From Actinomycetota bacterium (GTDB lineage Bacteria; Actinomycetota; Actinomycetes; Streptosporangiales; Streptosporangiaceae): 37,856 bases of DNA. Every line of letters starts with the position of its first letter. The stretch's first letter is position 1. Made by a program: the position numbers and the translations under genes. The stretch lies in the NCBI GenBank assembly GCA_003541285.1, contig DPMS01000234.1:12559-50414 (forward strand), given 5' to 3'. Below, in pieces: positions 9,186 to 19,900 of the stretch. The notes under the pieces are model-generated. The model saw only the letters and a program-made list of their open reading frames with translations. It was not told the DNA's origin and did no database searches.

Positions 9186-10613
9186 ATGAAGCAGCTCGGC
9201 GCCCTAGTCAATGGCAAGCCGATCGAGACGGCGGGCACCGTGGACGTCACTGACCCGTCTTCTGGCGAGGTCTTCGCCCGCACCGCGGACTGCGGTCCCG
9301 CCGAGATCGACCAGGCGGTGATGGCCGCGCGTGAGGCCGCTGCCTCGTGGCGGCACGTCCCGGTGGCCGAACGGGCGCGCGTGCTGCGGGAGATCTCCCG
9401 GCTGATCGGGCGGCACACCGCCGATCTCGCGCGGCTCGAGGCGCAGCAGACAGGCAAGCCGCTGCGGCAGGCCCGCCGGGATACGGAGATCACCGGCAGG
9501 TATTTCGACTTCTACGCCAGCGCTATCGAAACGTTCTACGGGTCGACGATCCCGCTCGACGACAGCACCTTCGTCTACACGACATGGGAACCGCACGGCG
9601 TCACCGCGCACATCATCCCGTGGAACTACCCGCTGCAGATACTCGGCCGGTCGGTGGCACCATCGCTGGCGATGGGGAACTGCTGCGTCCTCAAACCCGC
9701 GGAGGAGGCGCCCCTGACCGCGCTGCGCCTGGGAGAACTGGCCCTGGAAGCGGGGCTGCCTGCAGGGGCGCTTAATGTCGTGACCGGATTCGGTGAGACG
9801 GCAGGAGCGGCGCTCACCGCGCACCCGGGCATCGACCACATCTCGTTCACCGGCTCGGTCGAGGTTGGCCGGCTCATCAGCAAGGCGGCAGCGGACCGGA
9901 CCATCCCGGTGACCATGGAATTGGGTGGCAAGTCACCCAATATCGTCTTCGCCGACGCGGAGATCGACCGCGCCCTGCCGGTCATCGTCAATTCAATCCT
10001 GCAGAACGCCGGGCAGACATGCTCCGCCGGTTCCCGGCTCATCGTGCAAGACAGCATCCACGACCTGCTTGTCGGGCGCATCGCCGAGACATTCGCCGCC
10101 GTGGACATCGGCCCTGCCCTGGAAGACCCGGCGCTCGGCCCGCTGATCTCCGAAGTCCAGCGCGAGCGCGTGCTCTCGTACATTGACCAGGGTCGTGCCC
10201 ACGCCTCCATCCGCTACGGGGGCGGCGCTCTGAACGGCGGCCGGTACGGCCACGGGTTCTTCGTCCAGCCGACACTCATCGACGGCGTCGACCCGGCCAG
10301 CACGCTGGGGCAGGAGGAGGTATTCGGGCCCGTCCTGGCCGTCACTGCGTTCCGCGACGCTGACGAGGCGGTGAGGTTGGCGAATGGCACCGACTACGGC
10401 CTGGTCTCAGGGGTGTGGACCTCGGACGTCAAGACGGCGCACCGGATGGTGCGCGATATCGTCGCCGGCCAGGTGTTCGTCAACACGTACGGCGCATCAG
10501 GAGGTGTCGAGCTGCCGTTTGGTGGCTTCAAGCGATCCGGTCACGGGCGGGAGAAGGGCGCCGAGGGACTGCGTGGCTTCGGCCAGATCAAGACCGCGGT
10601 TATCGCGCTGTGA
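9186..10613 (+). CDS. Aldehyde dehydrogenase
   Basis: PWNYP, LKPAEEAP, SFTGS, catalytic Glu in MELGGKSP, catalytic Cys in NAGQTCSAG, EEVFGPV and PFGGFKRSG. Confidence 0.96.
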   Translation: MKQLGALVNGKPIETAGTVDVTDPSSGEVFARTADCGPAEIDQAVMAAREAAASWRHVPVAERARVLREISRLIGRHTADLARLEAQQTGKPLRQARRDTEITGRYFDFYASAIETFYGSTIPLDDSTFVYTTWEPHGVTAHIIPWNYPLQILGRSVAPSLAMGNCCVLKPAEEAPLTALRLGELALEAGLPAGALNVVTGFGETAGAALTAHPGIDHISFTGSVEVGRLISKAAADRTIPVTMELGGKSPNIVFADAEIDRALPVIVNSILQNAGQTCSAGSRLIVQDSIHDLLVGRIAETFAAVDIGPALEDPALGPLISEVQRERVLSYIDQGRAHASIRYGGGALNGGRYGHGFFVQPTLIDGVDPASTLGQEEVFGPVLAVTAFRDADEAVRLANGTDYGLVSGVWTSDVKTAHRMVRDIVAGQVFVNTYGASGGVELPFGGFKRSGHGREKGAEGLRGFGQIKTAVIAL

Positions 10614-11758
10614 CCACCGAACAGGCCCCGCTGCCGCGGCCACTGCCGCCTGAGGCGGCGCTGCCCATGGACATCCATGACGAGCGGCTGGACACGCCCG
10701 CGATCCTTGTTGATCTCGGCGCCGTCGAGGCGAACGTCGCCAGGATGGCGGCCTTCGCGCAGCGGGCTGGGCTGCTGCTGCGGCCACACGTGAAGACCCA
10801 CAAGAGCCTGGCCATGGCCCGGCGGCAGCTGGCGGCCGGCGCGGCGGGGCTGTGCGTGGCGACGGCCTCCGAGGCCGCGGTGATGGCCGGCACTGGGGTG
10901 AATGACATCGTGCTGGCTTACCCCCTGGTGGGACGACGCAAGCTGGAACGGGTCGCAGCACTGATCGTCGGTTCGGTGCTCACTTTGGTCACTGACTCCA
11001 GCGAGGTGACGGAAGGCTACCGGGGCCTCGCCCGGCAACTCGGCCACGTGGTGCCCGTGCTGGTCGAGGTCGACTCGGGCATGAATCGCGCTGGAGCGGA
11101 TCCGCGTTCGGTGGTCAAGGTAGCCAGCGATGTGGCGCGGGGTGACGGGCTGAAGTTCCGCGGGATTCTGACGCATGCCGGTCATGCCCACGACACGACA
11201 GACCCGCTATCCATCGAGCGGGTCGCCAGGCGCGAAGCGCGCATCATGGGCGCCGTCCGGGAGGAGCTCGAAGCAGCAGGGCTCGAGGTCCCGGTCGTGT
11301 CTGCCGGGTCAACGCTCACCGCTCCGTACCTCCGGGCGTCCGACGGCATCACCGAGATCCGCCCCGGCACATACATCTACAACGATCTCCGGACGCTCGG
11401 ATGCTACGCCTGCACGCACGACGCGATCGCAGCGACAGCCCTGGCGACAGTGGTCAGCCTGAACGGTGACCGCGTCACCATCGACGCCGGCGGAAAGACG
11501 CTTACCCCCTCGATCGACGCCATCTACGGTCTCGGGCACTTGCGCGGTGACCCGGACGCGCCTGTCGCGCGTCTGTCAGAGGAGCACGGTGTGCTCACGG
11601 TGGACGGCGCTGAGTCGCGGGTGGCGATCGGGGATCGCGTCCAGGTTCTGCCCGTCCACGTATGTGCCTGGATGGACCTGCACGCTGAGGTCTACGGCGT
11701 ACGCGGTGGCCACATCGTCGAACGCATCTCAGTCGACGCCATGCGGCACAGCCTTTGA
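10610..11758 (+). CDS. Fold-type III PLP enzyme, D-threonine aldolase / D-serine dehydratase (DSD1)-like
   Basis: LDTPA, RPHVKTHK (PLP lysine), EVDSGMNRAG, HAGH, EIRPGTY, DAGGKTL, SEEHG and PVHVC. The GTG start overlaps the ALDH stop (GTGA); ATG 10667 is an alternative start. Confidence 0.88.
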   Translation: MTTEQAPLPRPLPPEAALPMDIHDERLDTPAILVDLGAVEANVARMAAFAQRAGLLLRPHVKTHKSLAMARRQLAAGAAGLCVATASEAAVMAGTGVNDIVLAYPLVGRRKLERVAALIVGSVLTLVTDSSEVTEGYRGLARQLGHVVPVLVEVDSGMNRAGADPRSVVKVASDVARGDGLKFRGILTHAGHAHDTTDPLSIERVARREARIMGAVREELEAAGLEVPVVSAGSTLTAPYLRASDGITEIRPGTYIYNDLRTLGCYACTHDAIAATALATVVSLNGDRVTIDAGGKTLTPSIDAIYGLGHLRGDPDAPVARLSEEHGVLTVDGAESRVAIGDRVQVLPVHVCAWMDLHAEVYGVRGGHIVERISVDAMRHSL

Positions 11759-11770
11759 GGCGGCGGCGTC

Positions 11771-12907
11771 GTGACAAGGGAGTACGTCTGCGCTGACTGC
11801 GGCGCGGCACTACCGGTCACACTCGGCCGCTGGGCTTGCGATGAGTGCGGCGGCCCGCTCGATCTCCGGCGGGCCGGGCTGGAGTGGCGGCATGGCCTGG
11901 CCGGGACTCGTGGCTGGCCCGGCTCTTGCCCGGCGCTGCCGTGCGAGGAGTGGGCGCTCGACCGCGCCTGGCTGGGGGAGGTGCCCACGCCGCTGGTTGA
12001 GATGCCGTCCGGTTCGGCGGTATGGCTCAAGTGCGATCATCTGATGCCGACGGGGTCGTTCAAGGACCGGGGCGCGGTTGTCCTTGCCGCGCTGGCGCTT
12101 GAACTCGGTGCGTCACGCATCATCAGCGACAGTAGCGGCAACGCTGCGGCAGCTATTGCTGCGCACGCGGCACGGGTGCGGATACCGTGCGAGGTCTTCG
12201 TGCCCCAGCGGACCTCCTCGCGGAAGGTCCGCCAGGCGCAGGGATACGGGGCCGAGGTTCATCTCGTGCCGGGCGGGCGGGCGGAGGCAGCGGCTGCCGC
12301 GCAGTGGGCCAGCCGTGCTGAGGGCGTGCTCTATGCCAGCCATGCCGCAAACCCCCACTTCCACCATGGAGTCAAGGCGTGGGCCTATGAAGTCCGGGAG
12401 CAGCTTGGCGCCGCACCTGACACAGTGGTCGTGCCGGTCGGCAGCGGCAGCCTGCTGCTCGGGATTGCGATCGGCTTCCGGGAACTCCTCGATAGCGGCA
12501 GCATCGCCGCGATGCCCCGCCTGGTGGCGGTTCAGTCGGCCGGCTGTGCCCCGCTCGCTGGCTGGCCACCCGCGGGCACGCCGCCAGGCCCGGGCGCTCA
12601 CCCGGTCGCAGAAGGTATCGCAGTACCCCAGCCGATCCGGCTCAGGCAGTTGCGCCAGGCAGTGGACCGTTCCAGCGGAACGGTGGTCGTGGTTGACGAC
12701 CAGCAGATTCTCCACGCCCACCGTGACCTGGCACGCAGCGGTCTTTGCGTGGAGCCGACGTCCGCCGTGGCATGGGCGGGCTGGCAGGCCCTGGCGGCCG
12801 GAGACCTCCCGCCTGGCCGGTCCGTTATCGCGCTCACCGGCTCCGGCCTGAAAACCGACCCACCTGAATCGCAGATACCGCAGATGCCCGGGAAGGGATT
12901 GCTGTGA
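11771..12907 (+). CDS. Threonine synthase-like fold-type II PLP enzyme
   Basis: N-terminal CxxC...CxxC, PTGSFKDRG (PLP lysine), SSGNAA, VPVGSG, EPTSA and LTGSGLK. Confidence 0.87.
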   Translation: MTREYVCADCGAALPVTLGRWACDECGGPLDLRRAGLEWRHGLAGTRGWPGSCPALPCEEWALDRAWLGEVPTPLVEMPSGSAVWLKCDHLMPTGSFKDRGAVVLAALALELGASRIISDSSGNAAAAIAAHAARVRIPCEVFVPQRTSSRKVRQAQGYGAEVHLVPGGRAEAAAAAQWASRAEGVLYASHAANPHFHHGVKAWAYEVREQLGAAPDTVVVPVGSGSLLLGIAIGFRELLDSGSIAAMPRLVAVQSAGCAPLAGWPPAGTPPGPGAHPVAEGIAVPQPIRLRQLRQAVDRSSGTVVVVDDQQILHAHRDLARSGLCVEPTSAVAWAGWQALAAGDLPPGRSVIALTGSGLKTDPPESQIPQMPGKGLL

Positions 12908-13317
12908 GAGAAGTCATGACAAGCGCCGCGCCCCAGCCGACCGGCCCCTACTCTCAGGCGATCAGCGCTGGCGGTCTGGTTTTCGTCGCCGGGCAGCGCC
13001 CGCAGGACCCAGTGACCGCGCAAATAGCGGAAGGGGTGGCCGCACAAACGCGCCAGGTCCTCCAGAACGTCCGCAGCGTGCTGGAGGCGGCGGGATGCAC
13101 CCTCGCCGACGTCGTGAAGGTGACCGTCCACCTAGCCGACCTGTGCGACTTCGACAAGTTCAATGCCGTCTACCGCGAGTTCTTCCAGGAGCCTTACCCC
13201 GCCCGCACGACGGTAGGATCGTCGTTGCGGGGCATACTCGTCGAGATTGACGTCATCGCTATCGCACCCGCCGCGCGGGAGCCAGGTGGCCGGCCCGCCG
13301 CCTGTAGCTACCTGTGA
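12904..13317 (+). CDS. ridA: RidA (YjgF/YER057c/UK114) enamine/imine deaminase
   Basis: GPYSQA, FVAGQ, VVKVTVHL, NAVYREFF, PARTTV (catalytic Arg) and VEIDVIA. GTGA overlap with the upstream gene. Confidence 0.9.
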   Translation: MREVMTSAAPQPTGPYSQAISAGGLVFVAGQRPQDPVTAQIAEGVAAQTRQVLQNVRSVLEAAGCTLADVVKVTVHLADLCDFDKFNAVYREFFQEPYPARTTVGSSLRGILVEIDVIAIAPAAREPGGRPAACSYL

Positions 13318-13375
13318 TTGCCGGCCGCGTCGTATGGGTCCACGTCTCAGGCGGCAGCCAGTGGAGGAGGTCCAA

Positions 13376-14059
13376 GTGTCCGCACCTGCTTCGGCATGGG
13401 ACGACCACGACACTCGGCCAGCCGAGGCGACCGCCAGCCGGTCCGCCGAGGTTTACGAAGAACTGCGGCGGGCGATTGTGGAAGGGCGGATCAGGCCGAA
13501 TGAGCGGCTGATCGAGACGGAACTCGCGGAGCGCCTGTCGGTGAGCCGGACGCCGATCAGGGAGAGCATCCAGCGGCTGGCAGCCGACGGGCTGGTGGAG
13601 AGCCGACGCCGCGGCTGGGTCGTCCGTGAGCACTCCGCCCAAGAGATACAGGAGATCTACGAGGTCCGCGCTGCCCTCGAGGGTTTCGCTGCCAGGCTCG
13701 CGGCGCAGCGGGCCACGGATGACATGCTCAGCAACATCGCCGCTATCCATTCGAATTACATCCGGGAACTTGAGCACTCTACCCGCGACCACATGGTGCG
13801 GCACAACGACGAATTCCACGACGCCATCATTGCGGCTGCAGGCAACACCCGGCTCGCCGAGCAGATCAGGCGCAGCCGCGACTACTACGTCATCCACCGC
13901 ATCACAGGGTTCCTGACCGACGAGGACGTCCGGACGTCACTCGCCGGCCACCAGGAACTCATCGATGCGCTACTCGCACGTGACCCTGACAAAGCCGAAT
14001 TGGTCGCGCGAACGAATGTTCTCAGTGGGCTCGATAAGACCCTCGCACGCCTTCTCTGA
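13376..14059 (+). CDS. GntR-family transcriptional regulator (FCD type)
   Basis: wHTH VYEELRRAIVEG..PNERLIETELAERLSVSRTPIRE and FCD motifs EIYEVRAALE, NDEFHDAI and GHQELIDAL. GGAGG RBS before GTG 13376. Confidence 0.93.
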   Translation: MSAPASAWDDHDTRPAEATASRSAEVYEELRRAIVEGRIRPNERLIETELAERLSVSRTPIRESIQRLAADGLVESRRRGWVVREHSAQEIQEIYEVRAALEGFAARLAAQRATDDMLSNIAAIHSNYIRELEHSTRDHMVRHNDEFHDAIIAAAGNTRLAEQIRRSRDYYVIHRITGFLTDEDVRTSLAGHQELIDALLARDPDKAELVARTNVLSGLDKTLARLL

Positions 14060-14063
14060 CCGA

Positions 14064-14420
14064 TCAACGATCACTGCGTCGAGGGCTGTCCTCGGGGGTG
14101 GCGCTGCGGCCGATGGGGGTGGCCAGCCCTTCGTCGCGCTCGCCGGGGGTCTGGGATCCGGTGGCGATCCAGCCCGGGGCTACGGCGTTGACGGTGATTC
14201 CGTGCCTGGCGGCGTCGATTGCGGCCGCGCGGGTGAGGCCGACCATGCCTGCCCTGGCCCGGGCGTAGGCGGCATCGGCGCGTATCGCCATCACCGGACC
14301 GGTCACGCTGGCGACCATGATGATCCGCCGCCAGTCGCGGCTGGTCATGGGGCAGGGCCGCCTTGGTGACCAGAAGGCCGTGGTCAGGTTCCGGTCGGGC
14401 GACGCCTGCCAGGCCGGCCG
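14064..14420 (-). pseudogene. Frameshifted C-terminal remnant of an SDR oxidoreductase
   Basis: The pieces AWQASPDRNLTTAF / LVTKAALPH / MTSRDWRRIIMVASVTGP...AYARARAGMVGLTRAAAIDAARHGITVNAVAPGWIAT...PIGRSATPE are split across frames. YxxxK has become YxxxR and the Rossmann N-terminus is absent. Boundaries are approximate. Confidence 0.75.
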
Positions 14421-14496
14421 GCTTCCCTGACCCGGGAAGGCCTGCGCGCTGGCCCGCCAGGGCCGCTTCCTGGGACGCAAGATAGCCTTCGGGCCT

Positions 14497-16821
14497 ATGG
14501 TGCAGCGCCTCGATCCTCTGGAGACCACGCCGCCTGCCTTCGAGGTGGAGGCAGCCAGGCAAGTCCTCCGGGACGGCTTCGGTATGGAAGCGTCCCTCAC
14601 CGCCCTCGCGGGCGAACGGGACCAGAACTTCCGGGTGGACGCCGGGCCCGGGCGGCGCTTCCTGTTCAAGATCTCTAATCCGGCGGATGGCCCATCGATC
14701 GTGGACATGCAGACCGCTGCTCTCCGCCACATCGAGCGGGTGGATCCGGGCCTGCCGGTGATGCGTGTCCTGCCGGGCACGACGGGGGAACCCTGGGTCG
14801 AGGTCCCGGGGCCTGACGGCCGGGTGTACCTCGCGCGGCTGTTCACGTTCCTGCCCGGGCAGGTGACGGCGGCATCGGCGCTCACCACCCGGGCGATCTG
14901 GTCTTTCGGGCAGATCACAGCCCGTCTGGGGCGGGCGCTGCGGGGCTTTTTCCACCCTGCGGCCGACTACGAGATCTTGTGGGACGTCACGCACGCGCTC
15001 AAGCTCCGCCCGCTGCTCACTCACCTCTCTGACGGTGAGCGCAAGGCTCAGGTGGAACGGGTCCTGGACCGGTTCGAGGCACGGGTCGCCCCGGTGCTGC
15101 CGGAACTGCGCGCACAGGTGATCCACGGCGACATGAGCCTGGACAACGTGCTGCTGGGTGATGATCTTCGGGTCAGCGGGATCGTGGACTTTGGGGACAT
15201 GACCCATGCGGCACTGGTGTGTGATCTGGCTGTCGCCGTCGCGGATGTGCTCCACGGCCGTGATGACGCCATCGAGGCGGCCGATGCGATGATCGGCGGC
15301 TACGTCTCGGTGACGCCATTGGAAGACGAGGAGGCCGGCCTCCTCGCGGACCTGGTCGCGGCCCGGCTTGCCACGGAGGTCGCGGTCAGCGCCTGGCGGA
15401 GCGGGCTCTACCCGGGCAACGCCGCCTACAGCGTGAGCGGCGAGCCCGGGGCCCGCGCCTTCCTCGACGGCATTGAGGCAATGGGGATGGATGCTGTCGC
15501 GCGGCGTTTCCGGGAAGCCTGCCGCGGGCTGCCCTACCGCCGGTCCGCCACTGGCGATCTGCTGGAGCGGCGCCGGCGGGTGCTGCCCCGGTCGCCGTTG
15601 TTCTATGACCACCCGGTGCACCTGGTCCGCGGGGAGGGGGTCTGGCTGTTCGCACCTGACGGCCGACGGTATCTCGACTGCTACAACAACGTGCCCGTGG
15701 TCGGCCACAGCCACCCCCGGGTTGTGCGGGCGGTGGCCGGACAGCAGCGGCTCCTGGCGGCCCACAGCCGCTATCTGCACGAGGCGATCGTCGAACTCGC
15801 TGAGCGGCTCACAGCCACTGTGCCGCCCGGGCTCGACGCCGTCCTGGTCGTGAACTCCGGCAGCGAGGCCAACGACCTCGCGTGGCGGATCGCCCGCGCG
15901 GCTACCGGGCGGGCTGGCGCGGTGGTGAGCGCCTATGCCTACCACGGCCTGACCGAGGCCACCCACGCCTTCTCGCCCGAGGAGTGGGCCAAGGGCGAGC
16001 GGCCCGCGCATGTCGCTACGGTCCCCGCGCCCGACGGGTATCGCGGCGCTTACCGGCGAGAAGAAGACGGGTGGGCTGAGCGGTATGCCACCCATGTCGA
16101 CGGCGCCGCGGACGCGCTCGGCGACCGCGGCCTGGCTGCCATGTATGTTGATCCGGCTTTCACGGCCGACGGCATCCTGTCGCCCCCGCCCGCCTACCTG
16201 CGAGAAGCGGCCCAGCGGGTGCAGGCTCTGGGCGGCCTGCTGGTAGCCGACGAAGTGCAGGCCGGTCATGGCCGGTCCGGCACCCACCTGTGGAGCTTCC
16301 AGGCCTCAGGAATCGAGCCTGACATGGTGGTGATGGGAAAGCCGATGGGCAACGGCTTCCCGGTCGCCGCCCTCGTGGCCCGGTCCGGGGTACTTGAGAC
16401 CGTTCCGGAGGAGACCGAGCTGTTCAGCACCTTCGGCGGTAACCCGGTGGCCTGCGTGGCCGCGCTCGCCGTCCTCGACGTCATCGAGGATGAGAGCCTG
16501 GTGGCAAACGCCGCGCAGACCGGCGCCTACCTCAGGCAGGGCCTGATGGCACTCGCGGAGCGCCACCCTCTCATCGGGGACGTCCGCGGCGAAGGCCTCC
16601 TGCTCGGCGTCGAACTCGTTGACGACCAGCAGACCCGTGCGCCCGCAGCCGGGCACGCCCGGAGGGTCACTGAGGCGATGCGGGAGCGGGGCATACTGAT
16701 CAGTGCTACCGGCCCGGCTGGAAACGTGCTGAAGGTCCGGCCCCCCCTTGTTTTCCAGTGCGAACACGCCGACCTTTTCCTCCAGACCCTCGACGACGTC
16801 CTCGCCTCTTCCCGTCACTGA
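14497..16821 (+). CDS. APH/choline-kinase-like phosphotransferase fused to a class-III PLP aminotransferase (hydroxylysine kinase / phospho-lyase-like)
   Basis: N-terminal GERDQNF, IHGD..LDN and IVDFGD. C-terminal YLDCYNNV..VGHSHP, NSGSEANDLA, ADEVQAGHGRSG, MGKPMGNG and STFGGNP. Confidence 0.9.
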   Translation: MVQRLDPLETTPPAFEVEAARQVLRDGFGMEASLTALAGERDQNFRVDAGPGRRFLFKISNPADGPSIVDMQTAALRHIERVDPGLPVMRVLPGTTGEPWVEVPGPDGRVYLARLFTFLPGQVTAASALTTRAIWSFGQITARLGRALRGFFHPAADYEILWDVTHALKLRPLLTHLSDGERKAQVERVLDRFEARVAPVLPELRAQVIHGDMSLDNVLLGDDLRVSGIVDFGDMTHAALVCDLAVAVADVLHGRDDAIEAADAMIGGYVSVTPLEDEEAGLLADLVAARLATEVAVSAWRSGLYPGNAAYSVSGEPGARAFLDGIEAMGMDAVARRFREACRGLPYRRSATGDLLERRRRVLPRSPLFYDHPVHLVRGEGVWLFAPDGRRYLDCYNNVPVVGHSHPRVVRAVAGQQRLLAAHSRYLHEAIVELAERLTATVPPGLDAVLVVNSGSEANDLAWRIARAATGRAGAVVSAYAYHGLTEATHAFSPEEWAKGERPAHVATVPAPDGYRGAYRREEDGWAERYATHVDGAADALGDRGLAAMYVDPAFTADGILSPPPAYLREAAQRVQALGGLLVADEVQAGHGRSGTHLWSFQASGIEPDMVVMGKPMGNGFPVAALVARSGVLETVPEETELFSTFGGNPVACVAALAVLDVIEDESLVANAAQTGAYLRQGLMALAERHPLIGDVRGEGLLLGVELVDDQQTRAPAAGHARRVTEAMRERGILISATGPAGNVLKVRPPLVFQCEHADLFLQTLDDVLASSRH

Positions 16822-16922
16822 TTGCCTGGTGCCAGGCATGTGGACGGATTTTCGGCACGTATTTCGGTGTGCGGGCTGACCGTGTTCCCGCGTCCCCGCA
16901 AGCGGCGGGTCCGCGGTCACCC

Positions 16923-19900
16923 TCACCCAGGTAGATGGTGCTGAGCGCGGGCAGGCCCCCGGGCCGCGTAGTTGAGGTAGCGGCGGAGGTGCCTGAGCCC
17001 TTCACTGGTGACAGATTCGGGGATGTCGCCGGCGCGGATGCTGCTGACGATTTCGATGCGGTAGCGGGCGCGGGTGATGGCCACGTTGAGCCTGCGCCAC
17101 CCGCCGTGCCTGCTGAGGGGGCCGAAGTTCATCGTGAGCTTGCCGTTCTCGTCTGGCCCGTAGCCGATGGACAAGATCAGGACGTCCCGTTCGTCGCCCT
17201 GGGCCGATTCGGCGTTCTTGACGAAGAACCCGCGCAGCCGGTGGGTGGTGAAGAACCTGTCCAGGTCGGGCCGCTGCTGACGGGCCTTGCCAAGGGCGGT
17301 CTCGATGGCGCTGGCCTGGGCTTCGCTGAGGGTCACCACGCCCAGGCTGAGGGCCGGGCGGGTGTCGTAGTGGTGGATGACCCGCTGCGCCACCCGCGCG
17401 GCCTCGTCCGGGTTGTCCCGTGAGGTTCCCCTCCGGTAAGTCCCCTCGCCATGGAACAGTTCCACGCCGGCATCGGGCCCGCCGCTGTCCCCGCCGGGCA
17501 AGGGGATCAGGCGGCCCTGGTAGAACGCGGCGCTGGAGAAAGCGATCAGTGCCTCATGCCGGGATCGGTAATGCCAGCGCAGGGTGAGGTTCTGGAACAC
17601 CCCGGATCCCTTCGCGAGGTCGAGGACCGATTCGAGGTCGGAGGTTTCTTCGGATTCCGCCGGCCACTCCTCCCCATCGTCCCGGGGGCCGCTGCCGGAG
17701 CAGCTGGCGGGTGGCAGCTGCTTCTGGTCTCCGGCCAGGATCAGGGCGCTGCCGCGGTAGATGCAGGTGATGGCATTGGCCGGGCTGATCTGGCTGGCCT
17801 CGTCGAAGATGACGACGTCGAAGTGCATGCCGGCGGGCAGGTACTGGCTGACCGCCAGCGGGGACATCATGAAGCACGGTTTGATCGCCTGGGTGACGTG
17901 GCGGGCCTGTTCGATGAGTTCCCGCACCGGCATGTGCTTCTTCTGCTTTTCCGCCTCGCGGCGGATGACAGCGGACTCGCCAGTGTCGCTGCGCGGGCGC
18001 CGGGCGTTGCAGGCGCGGATGATGTCGCCGGCCGCCGCCGCTCGCAGTGCCCTGTCCAGCCGCTGGTACTCACGGACCAGCGCGTCCCTGCCCACGGCCC
18101 GGAGCGGAGCGAGGGCCGGGTCGGTCCGCAGCTGGTATTCAGCCCATTCCTGCAGGAGTGCCCGTTCGATCACCTGGGGGACCTGGGCAGGCTCAACCCG
18201 TTCGGCGATGCAGAAATCAACGGCCGCATCCATGCCGCGGGCGGCCAGGGAGGCACGGGCCGCCTGGTAGGCATGCCATTCATCACGCCCGCTCGTGTCG
18301 TTGAACATGACTTCGAACAGCTCATCGCCGCCCTGGTAGTCGTCGAGTTCGGCGGCCAGTTCCCGGCGGCGATGCGGGCTGAACGCCGCCAGCAGGGCCG
18401 CGCAACCCTCGCGCCACGCATCAGCGGCCTTGGCCAGGCGGTCGGTCGGAACAGCGCTTTCGGCCGCCTTGAGGTGCGACGGGGTGAGCGGCACGTGCTC
18501 GTAGCCCGGCATCGCGCGCAGGCGCCGCGCCCACTCCAGCGCGGCCCGGAGTGCCGCGACGTCGGTTGCAACTCCTGCGTACAGCTGACCACACAGGTCC
18601 TGGAACACGTCATCCCGCGCGGCCAGCTGTGCGTGGGCAGAGTCGGCCGCCTCCCGCAGGGCCACCATCTGCCGGGCCTGGCCGAAGGTGAGCTGCCTGC
18701 CCTTGACCTCGCTGACCGCACGGGTGAACTCGCTCGCGGCATGCAGGGGCCCCGGGTGGGCCCGCAGCCACCAGATCGCCTCGGCGATCGTGCCGTTCAG
18801 CAGTTCCGGGCGCGCGGCAGTCGCGGGCGGCGGCGCGAGAGTCGCCTGCCAGGCAGAAAGGTCCTGGCGGATCTCAGTCAAGGTTGCGGTGATAACCGGC
18901 TTCGGAACTGCGTCACGGGAGATGTGTCCGGCGGCCTGCGACAGGTCCTGCCCGCGAGCGCAGCGCACGGCGGTTGCGGCATGGGCGAGCGCCCGGCCGA
19001 GCCGGTCGAAGTCCGTGCCCCGGCCGATGTAATGCGGGCCGAGCAGCGTGGCGTGGCTCGCCTCGGCTGCGGCGAGCGCCTGCGCGGCGTGCTTCCAGGC
19101 GGCGGCGAGCCCGAGGTGCTCCTGCGCCGTCTCCACGGCTATCCCCTCCCTGGTGAACGCCGCGACGGTCTTCTTGTCGGCCCGGTACTCCCCGGACAGT
19201 TTGCCGAGGCGGTGATGGTCGTCCGCGAACCGCTGTGCCAGGCCGCCCACGTCGTGGCGGAGCGCGTCGCGGGTGAAGTAGGCGCTGGCGTCAGCTTCCG
19301 CTCTGTCCAGCGCGCGGTGGGCATCGTAGAGAACCCGCCCGGCGGTGCTGGCCGCCTGGTGACCGGGGACCGACAGCCAGGCTCGTTCGGGACGGTCGGG
19401 TTCTCCGGCCAGCCGGGCGAGGACCAGCACGTCGTTGGCCTGGCTGAAGGTCGCGGGAGCGCGGAGGCCGAGCATGCTGGCCAGGCCGGACAGCGTGACC
19501 AGCCGTTTTTCCAGCAGGCCAGCGCCCGCCGAGAAGTCCCGCGCGAGCCCGGCGATCTGCCCGGCGGTCAAGCCGCTGACGTCGGCGCAGGCCGGGGTCA
19601 GCGCCGCAAGGGCCTTGGAGTCGATCACGGGCAGCGCATCCTGCCGCGGTATCGCCGGCCAGGGGACTCCGGCAGCCTGAGAGGCCTGGCTTTCCCGGGC
19701 AGCGATCGCGGTGAGCGCGGCGGCGAGCTGGGCAACCGCCGTATCCACCGCGTCGAGCGTGTCCACCGTCAGCCACTCGTCCGGCAGCGCCTCCGGCCAC
19801 GTCATCAGATGGTCCACCAACCCGGCGAGGGCCTCCGCGTGAGACGGGCGGGTCAGCCCGGTGGCGTCGGCCAGTGTCTGGTTGACCCGGACCACCCCGG

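Noticed and set aside
10415..10609. Long N-terminal extension of the fold-III PLP enzyme
   Set aside because: It overlaps the ALDH C-terminus. The GTGA-coupled start at 10610 is more plausible.
14071..16287. 738-aa ORF on the - strand
   Set aside because: Antisense to the kinase/aminotransferase fusion. Only a few residues near its end (LVTKAALPH) belong to the SDR remnant.
16823..16838. Short hairpin TGCCTGG-TG-CCAGGCA after the aminotransferase stop
   Set aside because: It could be a terminator between convergent genes, but a 7-bp stem in high-GC DNA is too weak to call.
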